This document shows positions 1-8,835 of a stretch of 64,000 bases of DNA, in pieces (positions within the stretch are counted from its first letter, which is position 1; the number at the start of each line of letters is the position of its first letter). This stretch comes from an uncultured bacterium (GTDB lineage: Bacteria; Patescibacteriota; Patescibacteriia; Patescibacteriales; UBA12465): the NCBI GenBank assembly GCA_942492765.1, contig OW818634.1:153159-217158 (forward strand). The letters run 5' to 3'. Made by a program: the position numbers and the translations under genes. Below the pieces are notes generated by a model. It did not search any database and had not been told where the DNA came from. It saw only the letters and a program-made list of their open reading frames with translations.

Positions 1-185
1 CTGATTATCGGCATCTGCAATCCCACGTTTCGGGAAAATCTAGAGATCAGAACCGCGTCAGCCGGCAATATTTCAGAGTATCTGGTTTCTAATCTGACAT
101 CTCCGAAACTAAGCGCCAACCCGGTTTTTGCGACTTTTCTAAAAAAATCGTCGCATTTTCTTTGTGGTAAGCCTTTCTTTTCCAT
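1..185 (-). CDS. guaB: IMP dehydrogenase family protein, N-terminal fragment (gene runs off left edge)
   Basis: Not in the ORF track (no stop in window). Manual translation from ATG at 185 gives MEKKGLPQRKCDDFFRKVAKTGLALSFGDVRLETRYSEILPADAVLISRFSRNVGLQMPIIS. The GL.L.F.DV.L....SE.LP..V.L......N..L..P..S pattern is the conserved IMPDH/GMP-reductase N-terminus. Confidence 0.6.
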   Translation of the reverse strand, partial: MEKKGLPQRKCDDFFRKVAKTGLALSFGDVRLETRYSEILPADAVLISRFSRNVGLQMPII

Positions 186-240
186 TTACTATCTATTTTA
201 GGTGAATTTATTTGTGATTTTGTTGTTAAGGTAATAAAAA

Positions 241-270
241 AATATAGCATAAATGCTATATTTTTGTCAA
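241..270 (-). promoter_or_regulatory. sigma70-like promoter for guaB-like gene
   Basis: Minus strand reads TTGACA (265-270), 18 nt spacer, TATATT (241-246), about 55 nt upstream of the ATG at 185. It is a near-duplicate of the module at 1718-1746. Confidence 0.45.
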
Positions 271-309
271 ACTTATATGATTACGGCCACGGCTTAAACC
301 AGTCTTGTT

Positions 310-951
310 TTATTTAGAAAACATCTTAGCGACCCAGCCAAGCAGACTGAATGAATTTTCATGCGCTTTAACGAAAGCGTCTAATTGCTTTTGAGAATTT
401 TCCAGGGCTCTGATCTGAGTCACTAGCTCGATCCTATCCGTGCTGCTAGCGGTTTTCATCAAAAGATTTTTCAGCCTATGGACATTATTCTGAGTCATCT
501 CTATTTCGCTGCGAATCTGGCCCATATTCTTGTAATCGCTGCCCACAAGGAACGTCTTGATTGGACCTCGACCCTCTATTTTGGCGATGGCTTCCGCGGA
601 GGTGCTGGCTGAATCGCTTTGCATCCGGGCTATTCCCCTGACATCGGAGCCGATGCCTCCTTCGCGGTCAGCGACAGCCAGGAGAGATTTTACCATCGCG
701 GCGACAGCGCTACGATGCATTTCGGCATTGAGCTGCCCTTTCATGTTAGCGCTCGTAGTCGCCGCTCTATTGCCCTTAGCGGCCGTACTCGTGGCGTTGC
801 CGCGAGTCGTCGTGGCCATGCCCCGCTGTCTTTCCATATTTCTACCCCTATTTATATCAATCACATTGACGCCCTGAGCTGAAACAGCAGAAAATATCGC
901 GAAAGAAAAAATAAAAAAGAAAGCCGCGCCGGAGATGATTCTTATTTTCAT
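310..951 (-). CDS. secreted hypothetical protein
   Basis: ORF 310..1005. The internal start MKIRIISGAAFFFIFSFAIFSAVSAQG (ATG at 951) gives a clean signal peptide. The rest is helical and Ala/Ser-rich, with no recognised catalytic motif. Confidence 0.6.
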   Translation of the reverse strand: MKIRIISGAAFFFIFSFAIFSAVSAQGVNVIDINRGRNMERQRGMATTTRGNATSTAAKGNRAATTSANMKGQLNAEMHRSAVAAMVKSLLAVADREGGIGSDVRGIARMQSDSASTSAEAIAKIEGRGPIKTFLVGSDYKNMGQIRSEIEMTQNNVHRLKNLLMKTASSTDRIELVTQIRALENSQKQLDAFVKAHENSFSLLGWVAKMFSK

Positions 952-1095
952 AAAATTAATATTAATTGATAATATTTTATATATACCAATATACCATAAT
1001 AACACATTATTGGCAAAGGATTTCTAAAAATAAAAAATGATTGCTTTTGGATAGCAACCATTTTTAGAATATTAGCTAACTTTTTTTTAAAAATA

Positions 1096-1665
1096 TCAAG
1101 ACAACACGTTCTCTGCTCTCAGCTTCTTAGTCTTGGGCAATAAATTCAAAGGGATACTCTGATAAGCCAAGCCTGTCAGCATAACAGCCTTATAATAATC
1201 AGGCTCTTTAACATATAAGACCACGGTCTTATAAGAACGAGACATGCCTACGATATTATTGACGCTGGATTTCCATTTTTTTCCAGATTCTCCGCCGCCG
1301 ATTAAGACGATGGCTATGACCTCCTCGCTGCTTACCGGCAACCTGTTAAGGCAGCTCTCAATCAATTCAGGCGCATTATTCCATCCATTAGGCTCATTAG
1401 TGTGGACTGCCATGGCGTGAAAAGTCTTTCCTCGCGAAGAGTGAGAACGGATTTCGCCTTTTTCGAATCTGATATTTCTCAGTTCAGGCCAATAATCACC
1501 GCAAATTTCGGCCGCGAAACCGGTATCGTTATTGAATCGACCTTCTGAATTAGGATAATTGACAGCGAAGGCGATATGATCCGCTGGCGTTTCAAAAATA
1601 TTTCCCTGGATGCATAATAATGGCTCCTGGAAACCAAGCAACGACTTGAATTTCGCAATATTCAT
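1096..1665 (-). CDS. hypothetical protein, possibly macro-domain-like
   Basis: 189-aa ORF. GNIFETPADHIAFAVNYPNSEGRFNNDTGFAAEI and IVLIGGGESG loosely resemble the macro-domain GDIT..DAIVNAAN...GGG.A.AI and P.IgtG.yG motifs. The product call is weak. Confidence 0.55.
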   Translation of the reverse strand: MNIAKFKSLLGFQEPLLCIQGNIFETPADHIAFAVNYPNSEGRFNNDTGFAAEICGDYWPELRNIRFEKGEIRSHSSRGKTFHAMAVHTNEPNGWNNAPELIESCLNRLPVSSEEVIAIVLIGGGESGKKWKSSVNNIVGMSRSYKTVVLYVKEPDYYKAVMLTGLAYQSIPLNLLPKTKKLRAENVLS

Positions 1666-1717
1666 TTCTTATATCCTCCATCTTTAAGTTAGTATTATGT
1701 TTTTAAAGTAATAAAAA

Positions 1718-1746
1718 AATATATCATTCGGACACATTTTTGTCAA
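1718..1746 (-). promoter_or_regulatory. sigma70-like promoter
   Basis: Minus strand reads TTGACA (1741-1746), 17 nt spacer, TATATT (1718-1723), upstream of the ATG at 1665. An AGATGGAGGA Shine-Dalgarno precedes the start. Confidence 0.45.
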
Positions 1747-1760
1747 TTGAACCAAAAGGC

Positions 1761-2039
1761 TTATTCAAAAGAAATAATCTGTATTCCTTTCTCCTTAATA
1801 TCTTTCTCGCTCCACCATAAGTCTTGAAGCTTGAATTTTCTCAAATAGGTAACTTCTTTTTCAAGCGCTCGCCCAGTAGCTTTTCTGGTTTCTGGATCGG
1901 CCGAAGTATATTCTTCCAATACCAAGGTGTCTCCAGGCTCAATGTCAAAGTCATTGAGCCGCAGCTCATATTTCTTTTTACCGTCGAGAATATCTTGGAA
2001 ATATTCAGGCAAGACCTTCTTTATGATTCGTTTAGACAT
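1761..2039 (-). CDS. ASCH-superfamily protein (DUF3850-like)
   Basis: From MSKRIIKKVLPEYFQDILDGKKKYELRLNDFDIEPGDTLVLEEY. This matches the DUF3850 pattern (K..PEyF....G.K.fE.R.ND.d...GD.L.L.Ey). The start at 2039 is preferred over the ORF-track start at 2078. Confidence 0.65.
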   Translation of the reverse strand: MSKRIIKKVLPEYFQDILDGKKKYELRLNDFDIEPGDTLVLEEYTSADPETRKATGRALEKEVTYLRKFKLQDLWWSEKDIKEKGIQIISFE

Positions 2040-2065
2040 ATTTTTATACAAAATAAACAGGAAAC

Positions 2066-2248
2066 CTATTTTTTCCAATTCCTTATTAGGCCAGCAAGAC
2101 CGATAATAAACAGAATCAGCCCTATCAATTGCGCGCCAGGACTATCATCATATCCGCCGTATACGAACATGAACACGCCAAATAATATCGCGAAAGTGAA
2201 ATATAATATTTTTATATAATATCTTTTCATATAGCTTAATATTAGCAC
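2066..2248 (-). CDS. small membrane protein (2 TM)
   Basis: 60-aa ORF with two hydrophobic helices (ILYFTFAILFGVFMFVYGG, LIGLILFIIGLAGLI). No homology recognised. Confidence 0.4.
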   Translation of the reverse strand: MLILSYMKRYYIKILYFTFAILFGVFMFVYGGYDDSPGAQLIGLILFIIGLAGLIRNWKK

Positions 2249-2313
2249 TCCTTGTTCTGGATTTCAATAAAAAACGAGCGATTTTAATCTACTCGTTTAT
2301 TTCAGCAGCCCAG

Positions 2314-2886
2314 CTATTTATGATCTTTTTTCACATAGATGCCGGATAAGCCGCGACCTAATTGATTTGAATCCATTCCGTTGCCCACGACCCATTCCGG
2401 TCCGACTGTCCATGCTAAATATTTCAAATCAAATTCTAATGGAGCATGATTCGTTTTTATCAGCAGCGTGCAATACTGGATTGAACGCGGCGGCTCCTTC
2501 AGGTTCAGAAGATACTTATTCAAAAAATTCAAAGTATCTCCGCGATCGATGATGTCCTCAATGACTATCACATCTCTGTTCTCAAGACCAAGGCGCGGAT
2601 GGTTAACAATCTCGACATCTCCGCCGCTCTCATCGCTTCCATAACTCTTGAGAGCGATAGTATCGACGATATGATAGCAACCGATCTTTTCCAGGGCTCG
2701 CGATAGATCAACTCCGAGATATAAGCCGCCGTTTAAGACTATTAGCAATACGGGCGGATTATCGGGATTTGGGTAGTCAGACCTGATTCTCTGCGCGAAT
2801 TCGCTAACTTTTCTCATTATCTCTCTGCGGCCGAAAAGATGTTCGAACAAAACTCCGTGGAGCTTTATCTGTTTTTTCTTGCTCAT
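2314..2886 (-). CDS. hpt: hypoxanthine(-guanine) phosphoribosyltransferase
   Basis: PRPP-binding motif VIVIEDIIDRGDTLNFL, LLIVLNGGLYLGVDL and C-terminal VVGNGMDSNQLGRGL are typical of HGPRT. Confidence 0.85.
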   Translation of the reverse strand: MSKKKQIKLHGVLFEHLFGRREIMRKVSEFAQRIRSDYPNPDNPPVLLIVLNGGLYLGVDLSRALEKIGCYHIVDTIALKSYGSDESGGDVEIVNHPRLGLENRDVIVIEDIIDRGDTLNFLNKYLLNLKEPPRSIQYCTLLIKTNHAPLEFDLKYLAWTVGPEWVVGNGMDSNQLGRGLSGIYVKKDHK

Positions 2887-2896
2887 CTTTCAAATT

Positions 2897-3529
2897 TTAT
2901 TTAGTTCCATAAAGCCTATCCCCCGCATCGCCTAATCCCGGGAAAATATAGCCATTCTCTAATAATTTTTCGTCCAAAGCCGCGCAAAATATCTGCACGT
3001 CAGGATGATCGTTAAAAATTCTGCTAATCCCAACTTCACAAGCCACTAGGCACATGAATTTGATATTTTTTACCCCTTTAGCCTTTAACAAATTTATGGC
3101 GCAAGAGGCTGAGCCGCCAGTAGCTAGCATGGGGTCGAGCAGAATAGCATCGCGTTTCGAGCAATCATCCGGTAATTTATTATAATACACTACCGGCTGT
3201 AAGCTCTTCTCATCGCGAAAGATTCCTAAATGCCCGACTTTTAAGGTAGGCATGATCTTTAACATGCCAGGCACCATGCCGTCGCCGGCTCTCCAGACCG
3301 CAACGATAAATGGCTTTTCCTCGGAAACGATTCTAACCGAAGCTTTCCCCATTGGAGTTATTACTTCCGTGGCAACTAAAGGCATATCCTTAGTCACTTC
3401 ATAACTCATAATCATGGTTATTTCCTCCACTAATCTTCTGAATTCTTCTCGGCCGGTTTCCTTATTTCTTAGAATGGCCATTTTGTCCTGAATTAAAGGA
3501 TGGCCCAAGACTACGAAATTCTTTTTCAT
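2897..3529 (-). CDS. upp: uracil phosphoribosyltransferase
   Basis: HPLIQDKMAILRNKETGREEFRRLVEEIT, DPMLATGGSA and the C-terminal YIFPGLGDAGDRLYGTK are full-length Upp signatures. Confidence 0.9.
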   Translation of the reverse strand: MKKNFVVLGHPLIQDKMAILRNKETGREEFRRLVEEITMIMSYEVTKDMPLVATEVITPMGKASVRIVSEEKPFIVAVWRAGDGMVPGMLKIMPTLKVGHLGIFRDEKSLQPVVYYNKLPDDCSKRDAILLDPMLATGGSASCAINLLKAKGVKNIKFMCLVACEVGISRIFNDHPDVQIFCAALDEKLLENGYIFPGLGDAGDRLYGTK

Positions 3530-3594
3530 GATTTAAGGGTTTAAATTAGACAATTTTATTTTCTGGAAGATTACCAAAGTTAAATAAAAAAATT

Positions 3595-3858
3595 TCAAAA
3601 CACCTCTGCTTCGCAAGGATATTTAGTTATACAGTTGGCATCCAGCATAACTAATTCCCCGCCCTTTCTGCCGATAAGAAGACCGCGCCTTTGAACTTCA
3701 GACATGAATTGGCCTACTGTGCTTTTGAAGCTTAACCCCTCTGTATCTAAAGTGATAGACGCCGCGGGTTCATCATAACTTATATTAGGATAGAGATATC
3801 CTTTCTGTTCTTTAACGAACGCAACCCCTTGGGGATTGAGAGAGAATGTAAGTTTCAT
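3595..3858 (-). CDS. hypothetical protein
   Basis: 87-aa ORF preceded by a strong SD (AAGGAGGAG, 3866-3874) and a predicted promoter. No recognised family. Confidence 0.5.
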   Translation of the reverse strand: MKLTFSLNPQGVAFVKEQKGYLYPNISYDEPAASITLDTEGLSFKSTVGQFMSEVQRRGLLIGRKGGELVMLDANCITKYPCEAEVF

Positions 3859-3914
3859 TTATGCTCCTCCTTAGTTTATTTAATTGTTAAAGTAATCAAA
3901 ATGATTGACAGATA

Positions 3915-3943
3915 ACTATAATAGTTTCGGTAGAATAAGTCAA
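3915..3943 (-). promoter_or_regulatory. sigma70-like promoter
   Basis: Minus strand reads TTGACT (3938-3943), 17 nt spacer, TATAGT (3915-3920), upstream of the 3858 start. Confidence 0.45.
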
Positions 3944-3945
3944 TA

Positions 3946-4563
3946 TTAAAAGCTAGTCTTTTGCATTAAAGCAACAAATTTTTCTTTAACTCTCGACCAG
4001 GTAAAATCATTATGTTTTCTCTCTTCTTCGGTTAATTCAGAATATGTTTTATTGAAGCTTGGACAGAGCCAGAGGCTTGCAAGCCAAAATCCAGGCATGA
4101 TCATATCTTTATCATACTCTTTCTGCAGATATCCTTTTTCTCCATTTTGTAAAAACGAAAACATCAATTCCCCTTTATAAGCTACTGCTATGGCTTCATT
4201 CCACAGCACCGTTCTATCTTCTTTTTCGTAAGGTTCCATCATCTTTACCATCAGATTTAATCTATCTATCTCAGTGGCGGCATTGCCGGCAAAACGATGA
4301 GTTAATAACCCATTCCAATTATTGCCAAGAGCCGGTATGGTCACACCTCCGTCGGAAGCGACAGCATAGCCATCAAAAGCAGAAGAATAGGCTAGCGCTT
4401 TTATAATGGCATTCTCTTCAAAATTATTGCCGTTTTCTTCTATGTTTATATCTAAGTTTATATCTTCGATAGAAAATAACTGGAAAGAATCGAGACCATC
4501 AAAAAGCCATGACAACTTTTCTTTCTTTGACGGATTAGTCGTCCCTAATAATACTTTTGCCAT
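3946..4563 (-). CDS. Ham1/RdgB-like non-canonical purine NTP pyrophosphatase family protein
   Basis: N-terminal LLGTTNPSKKEKL (compare TGN.GK..E), EENGNNFEENAIIKA and ASDGGVTIPALG...THRFAG parallel the ITPase motifs E.tG.tFeeNA.iKA and DDSGL.v.aL...pGvysaRyaG. Confidence 0.6.
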   Translation of the reverse strand: MAKVLLGTTNPSKKEKLSWLFDGLDSFQLFSIEDINLDINIEENGNNFEENAIIKALAYSSAFDGYAVASDGGVTIPALGNNWNGLLTHRFAGNAATEIDRLNLMVKMMEPYEKEDRTVLWNEAIAVAYKGELMFSFLQNGEKGYLQKEYDKDMIMPGFWLASLWLCPSFNKTYSELTEEERKHNDFTWSRVKEKFVALMQKTSF

Positions 4564-4570
4564 AAAGATT

Positions 4571-5494
4571 CTAAGATAGCTTCTTTATTTTATTGAACTT
4601 GTATGCCCCGATAACGATCGGCAAAGCTAGGGTCAAAAAATAATATATATAAACATCGATCTTATAATAGTCAACCGCTTTGAATAGCTTGACTAAGAAA
4701 AAATAATCCAAAGCGATTGCCATGATTGTCCAAATAACACCCAAGCCGATATAGCAGGTAAATGATTCCCTCTTAATTTTTTTAAATAACACCCAAAAGG
4801 TCGCGATCAGCGCGATCGGCATGATATACCAGCCGATAAGCTCCTTGGGCGCAAAGGCAAAGAATATTATCCCTAAGATATACCCGAAAAGCCAAAGAAT
4901 TAGCCCCCAAAAGATAGTGTTTAAAAATATTTTTCCTTTATTCATCTCTACGCTTATAATATAATCCCACCCTGGTTGCCAAGCTTTTATTTTTCTCCAA
5001 TCATCAGCAAAAGCTTGTTCCCATGTTTTATTTTTCAATAAAACATCTAGAGACAGCTGTGGAGCCTTATGGCCGACAATAGCTACGGATTGTCCGTCAT
5101 AGTTCTCTTTTAGAAAATCGATAAAACCTTCTAGCCGTTCTTTTACATCTTCATAAGATTCTCCTTCTGAAAATTTTTCTGTAATATTCTTCTCTTGCAT
5201 CGGTTCAACAATATCAGAAGATTTGCCATTATACTTACCATAATTACATTCTCTTAATCTTTTGTCTTGAATTATTTTTACTTTATCTTTAAAAGTTAAT
5301 TCGGCTGATTTCACAGCTCTTTTTAAATCAGAACAAAAGACCGCATCAAAATGTTTATTCTTTATTTGGTCAATCAAATCGATCGATTGCTTAACGCCCA
5401 GCTCAGAAAGCTCTACATCAGACCAACCTGACGAAATATTTTTCTCATTATCAGTTGTGGTGCCATGAACAAAATAAGTTATTTTTATACTCAT
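4571..5494 (-). CDS. histidine phosphatase (phosphoglycerate-mutase family) fused to a C-terminal multi-TM domain
   Basis: N-terminus ITYFVHGTTTDNEKNISSGWSDVELSELGVKQ (RHG-type His phosphatase motif variant) and VGHKAPQ. Residues from about 185 to the end form 4 predicted TM helices. Confidence 0.75.
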   Translation of the reverse strand: MSIKITYFVHGTTTDNEKNISSGWSDVELSELGVKQSIDLIDQIKNKHFDAVFCSDLKRAVKSAELTFKDKVKIIQDKRLRECNYGKYNGKSSDIVEPMQEKNITEKFSEGESYEDVKERLEGFIDFLKENYDGQSVAIVGHKAPQLSLDVLLKNKTWEQAFADDWRKIKAWQPGWDYIISVEMNKGKIFLNTIFWGLILWLFGYILGIIFFAFAPKELIGWYIMPIALIATFWVLFKKIKRESFTCYIGLGVIWTIMAIALDYFFLVKLFKAVDYYKIDVYIYYFLTLALPIVIGAYKFNKIKKLS

Positions 5495-5511
5495 ATAGTA
5501 ATATTTTAAAA

Positions 5512-6276
5512 TTATTTAGAATTCATAATCTTCAACAATTTAGAGTGAAGATATTTATTAGCAGATAAAATTTCTCTATCTTTTAAAGACCAGGGCTCAC
5601 CTTTAAAATTAGTAACTTTACACCCCGCTTCAGCAAGGATTAGTGAGGCAGCGGCATAATCCCACAACCCTCCGCCCTGAGAAGCCCGCCAGTCCCTTCG
5701 GCCATCAGCTTGATACATGGCGCTAACCCCAGCCGATCCGAAAGCGCTCATCCAAAATTTTTCTTTTTCCGAATACTTTAATAATTTGCGTAAATTTGCT
5801 GCATTTTTTTCTGTCGTATTAACACTGGTCAACCCCCAACTGTTCTTCCAGGTTTTTTGTTGTGAGCAATTAACTTTTTTGCCATTTAAAAATGCACCTT
5901 TCCCTTTTTTAGCAAAGAATAATTCATCTGTACAGGGATTATATATAGTGGCTAATTCCATTTTTCCATTACGAGCCAGGCCAATCATTACAGCAAACAT
6001 CGGTGTTCTGGTAAGAAAGTTACGGGTACCGTCCAGTGGATCTATAATCCAACAATATTCAGCTCCATTTTGGTGTTCGCCTGTTTCTTCGGATATTATG
6101 GCATGTGACGGATATTTCTTTTTTATGGCTTTTGTAATAATATTATTTGCCGTTAAATCGGCCTCGGTGACAACATCCGCCGCATCTTCTTTCGTATACT
6201 TAACTCCAACTTTCCCAAATTTCTTTAGAATAGCAATACCCGCCTCTTTGGTTATTTGTTTAATAAATTTTTCCAT
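5512..6276 (-). CDS. suhB: inositol monophosphatase family protein
   Basis: Metal-binding motifs IISEETGE and WIIDPLDGTRNF, plus C-terminal WDYAAASLILAEAG. Confidence 0.85.
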   Translation of the reverse strand: MEKFIKQITKEAGIAILKKFGKVGVKYTKEDAADVVTEADLTANNIITKAIKKKYPSHAIISEETGEHQNGAEYCWIIDPLDGTRNFLTRTPMFAVMIGLARNGKMELATIYNPCTDELFFAKKGKGAFLNGKKVNCSQQKTWKNSWGLTSVNTTEKNAANLRKLLKYSEKEKFWMSAFGSAGVSAMYQADGRRDWRASQGGGLWDYAAASLILAEAGCKVTNFKGEPWSLKDREILSANKYLHSKLLKIMNSK

Positions 6277-6281
6277 ATTAT

Positions 6282-6962
6282 TTATTCCAACCTTCTTTTT
6301 TTGCGATTAATAGTTATTTCCGTTATTTCTATTTGCTTTGGCAATCTTAGCAGATATAAAACTATATTAGCCACGTCTTTTGGGTCCATCCACTCCGTCG
6401 CGTCTTCTATTTTCTTGCCATAATCTTTTTCATGCATCTTAGTATTCATGCCGCCGCAATGAACGTATATCACCCTACTTTTTGTTTTAGTTAATTCTAA
6501 CCCAATATTATAAGATCCGCCCCTCAATCCGTATTTAGTTGATGTGTATGCCAACTGATCATTAAAACCAGCTTTCAAATCCGCTGTCGTACCAATGTTT
6601 AATATATCAGCCTCATTCTTTACAATGTTATCAAACAATGAAGATAGAAAGTAAAGTGGCGCAATCGCGTTAATTCTAAATGCTCTTTCAAATTTAGGAA
6701 ATGTAATTTCATTTATTTTCTCCATCGCTACGATAGCAGCGCAATTAATGATAACATCAAAATCATTGTGTATTTTTTTTACTATGTTAATAGCATTATC
6801 AATATCTTTCTCTACGGATAAATCACAAGTAATATTAACAATACCCGATAAATCACAAGCTGTTCTGCTCACATTAATTACTTCTATTTTTTCTTTTAGA
6901 CACAGGCTAGCAATTGCCTTGCCGAGACCATCGCTAGCGCCTAATATAATAATTTTTTTCAT
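6282..6962 (-). CDS. short-chain dehydrogenase/reductase (SDR)
   Basis: N-terminal Rossmann motif ILGASDGLGKAIA and catalytic YTSTKYGLRG (YxxxK). Confidence 0.8.
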   Translation of the reverse strand: MKKIIILGASDGLGKAIASLCLKEKIEVINVSRTACDLSGIVNITCDLSVEKDIDNAINIVKKIHNDFDVIINCAAIVAMEKINEITFPKFERAFRINAIAPLYFLSSLFDNIVKNEADILNIGTTADLKAGFNDQLAYTSTKYGLRGGSYNIGLELTKTKSRVIYVHCGGMNTKMHEKDYGKKIEDATEWMDPKDVANIVLYLLRLPKQIEITEITINRKKRRLE

Positions 6963-6967
6963 AAATT

Positions 6968-7423
6968 TTATATAATGAAATTAGCTATAATTAAAACAAA
7001 TCCCGCACCCAATAAACAACCAGCCATCTTCCCGACAGCGGATTTGAGCATGGTTCTTTCTTCAGCAATCAATCTGGACCGTAATTTTTCGGCCATTTGT
7101 CCCTCAAATATGCCTGCAATACCATCCGTAACGGCATTGCCGACAACTCCGCCGAGGATTGCTCCTGCTACTCCCGCAAAATGCCCGCCAAATATAGCTA
7201 ATACAGCTAAAATTCCATTATCTATAATACCAAAAAAAATATCCGGTAAAACAGATTTCAAATTAATTCTAAAAGGAATGAGCGAAACAAGACAAAGTAA
7301 GGCTAAAATAATTAAGACTAAGCCCATCCATTCATTATTATCAATAAATGATATGCTGACCGCGGTTATGACGATACAAAGCGTTAAAATATTCAATACG
7401 GACAAAATAAATTTTTGATTCAT
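6968..7423 (-). CDS. integral membrane protein (Gly-rich TM helices)
   Basis: 151-aa ORF with 4 hydrophobic segments and Gly-zipper-like GGHFAGVAGAILGGVVGNAVTDGIAGIF. The opposite-strand ORF 6975..7418 is judged a shadow. Confidence 0.55.
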   Translation of the reverse strand: MNQKFILSVLNILTLCIVITAVSISFIDNNEWMGLVLIILALLCLVSLIPFRINLKSVLPDIFFGIIDNGILAVLAIFGGHFAGVAGAILGGVVGNAVTDGIAGIFEGQMAEKLRSRLIAEERTMLKSAVGKMAGCLLGAGFVLIIANFII

Positions 7424-7455
7424 AAATTTTTATTATTTCATAGCGCAACAGCCAG

Positions 7456-8475
7456 TCATCTATTTTCCACAAAAATCTGGCCAGCCGGCGTGGCACACTG
7501 AGGAGGGTTTGACTTCATAATCGAAAAACCGGCCTTAACGCAAGTATCATAATCAGTTATCTGTTTTAACAGCTCGTCACATTTTTCTTTGCTAACCATA
7601 TCGCTCATCACTATACATTTTTTAATCTGAGCTGAGAGGCTCTCAGCTTGAACTGAGCCCCATGTAATTGTCTGAACGATCCTATCAACCGTGGCGTCAA
7701 GATCAAAAGCCTCTCTCTCGCCAGTGCAAGCTTTGTTTTGCTCTTCGTCATAATTACCACAATTAGAATAGCGCAGAGCCAAGCCAACGTCGATGAGCTT
7801 GCCATCCCGGGCGGTAACATAAGTGTATGATGAATAAACGCTGCCAGCCGCACCTTCGTGCTTAACAGCTACGCAGTAAGTTCTGTGATCGACCAATCTC
7901 TCAGAGGTTATTGCGGATATACTGCTTATTTCCGGCGGCGTAGTTTTGCAGGAATATACCCCTGTTTTTATCGTTACAACTGGCGGCCATTCCGCAGCGC
8001 TAATATATTTTGCCAATAGCTCTTTAGGGTATTGAAATGTTACACCTTCGTCGGTTGTAGTTGCTGTCCACAAATCATTGGCAGGTTTAGAATTTTTGCT
8101 ATTCTCGGTGATAGTCCAGATTACGTAAAAACGACTATATTGGCGTCTGGTCATAATAATATCGCGGTCGGGAGATTTATAAAAATAACCAGAGCCCATC
8201 TGTTCAACGAACTCATAGCCTTTATTCTTCAAAAAACTATCAACGGAGTCCCCGCCCTCTTTGCTTTTGGTCAGATACTTATTATCTGAATCCGACAATT
8301 TAGCCATATCCGACCCACCAAGAGTTAACTGGGCGATACCTTTAATCTGTGGCCAAGGATTACCTTCTTGAAAGATGACCGGGGAGTAGAAAAATACAAA
8401 AATGCCCGTCGCTAAAAAGATAGAAGAAATGAGAAATAAATTTTTTTTGTTTTTCGAAGAGCGCCCTGGAATCAT
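7456..8475 (-). CDS. membrane-anchored hypothetical protein
   Basis: The start at MIPGRSSKNKKNLFLISSIFLATGIFVFFY (ATG 8475) removes the overlap with the upstream gene. It has an N-terminal anchor and a Cys-containing extracytoplasmic domain. No family recognised. Confidence 0.6.
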   Translation of the reverse strand: MIPGRSSKNKKNLFLISSIFLATGIFVFFYSPVIFQEGNPWPQIKGIAQLTLGGSDMAKLSDSDNKYLTKSKEGGDSVDSFLKNKGYEFVEQMGSGYFYKSPDRDIIMTRRQYSRFYVIWTITENSKNSKPANDLWTATTTDEGVTFQYPKELLAKYISAAEWPPVVTIKTGVYSCKTTPPEISSISAITSERLVDHRTYCVAVKHEGAAGSVYSSYTYVTARDGKLIDVGLALRYSNCGNYDEEQNKACTGEREAFDLDATVDRIVQTITWGSVQAESLSAQIKKCIVMSDMVSKEKCDELLKQITDYDTCVKAGFSIMKSNPPQCATPAGQIFVENR

Positions 8476-8479
8476 AGAA

Positions 8480-8830
8480 TTAAATTTGAAGATTATTCTT
8501 TGCCTGCCTTTTATACCCATCTATCAAATACAGAATGCCTGGAATAAGAGGGGCGGCCAAATTAACACTAAGATTTGCTTCCGTCAGCAGTCCGACGATA
8601 AGACCGATTCCAATTGAAATAATTACGATCCATCCTCCGACTTTAGGATATTTCCAGCCCAAGGCTAAACCGATAAATACCAATGGCATCATAGCCAAGG
8701 CGACATTTTCCCACAACGAATAACTAGATTTAGCAAAAGGCAACGGGTTACCATAACCGAAATAAAATGGCAAGGCGAAAATTAAGATGCTTAGCGCCAA
8801 TATTCTGGCGATCCATTTGATTGTTTTCAT
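8480..8830 (-). CDS. small integral membrane protein (4 TM)
   Basis: 116-aa hydrophobic ORF, tightly packed between neighbouring genes. Confidence 0.55.
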   Translation of the reverse strand: MKTIKWIARILALSILIFALPFYFGYGNPLPFAKSSYSLWENVALAMMPLVFIGLALGWKYPKVGGWIVIISIGIGLIVGLLTEANLSVNLAAPLIPGILYLIDGYKRQAKNNLQI

Positions 8831-8835
8831 ATGGT

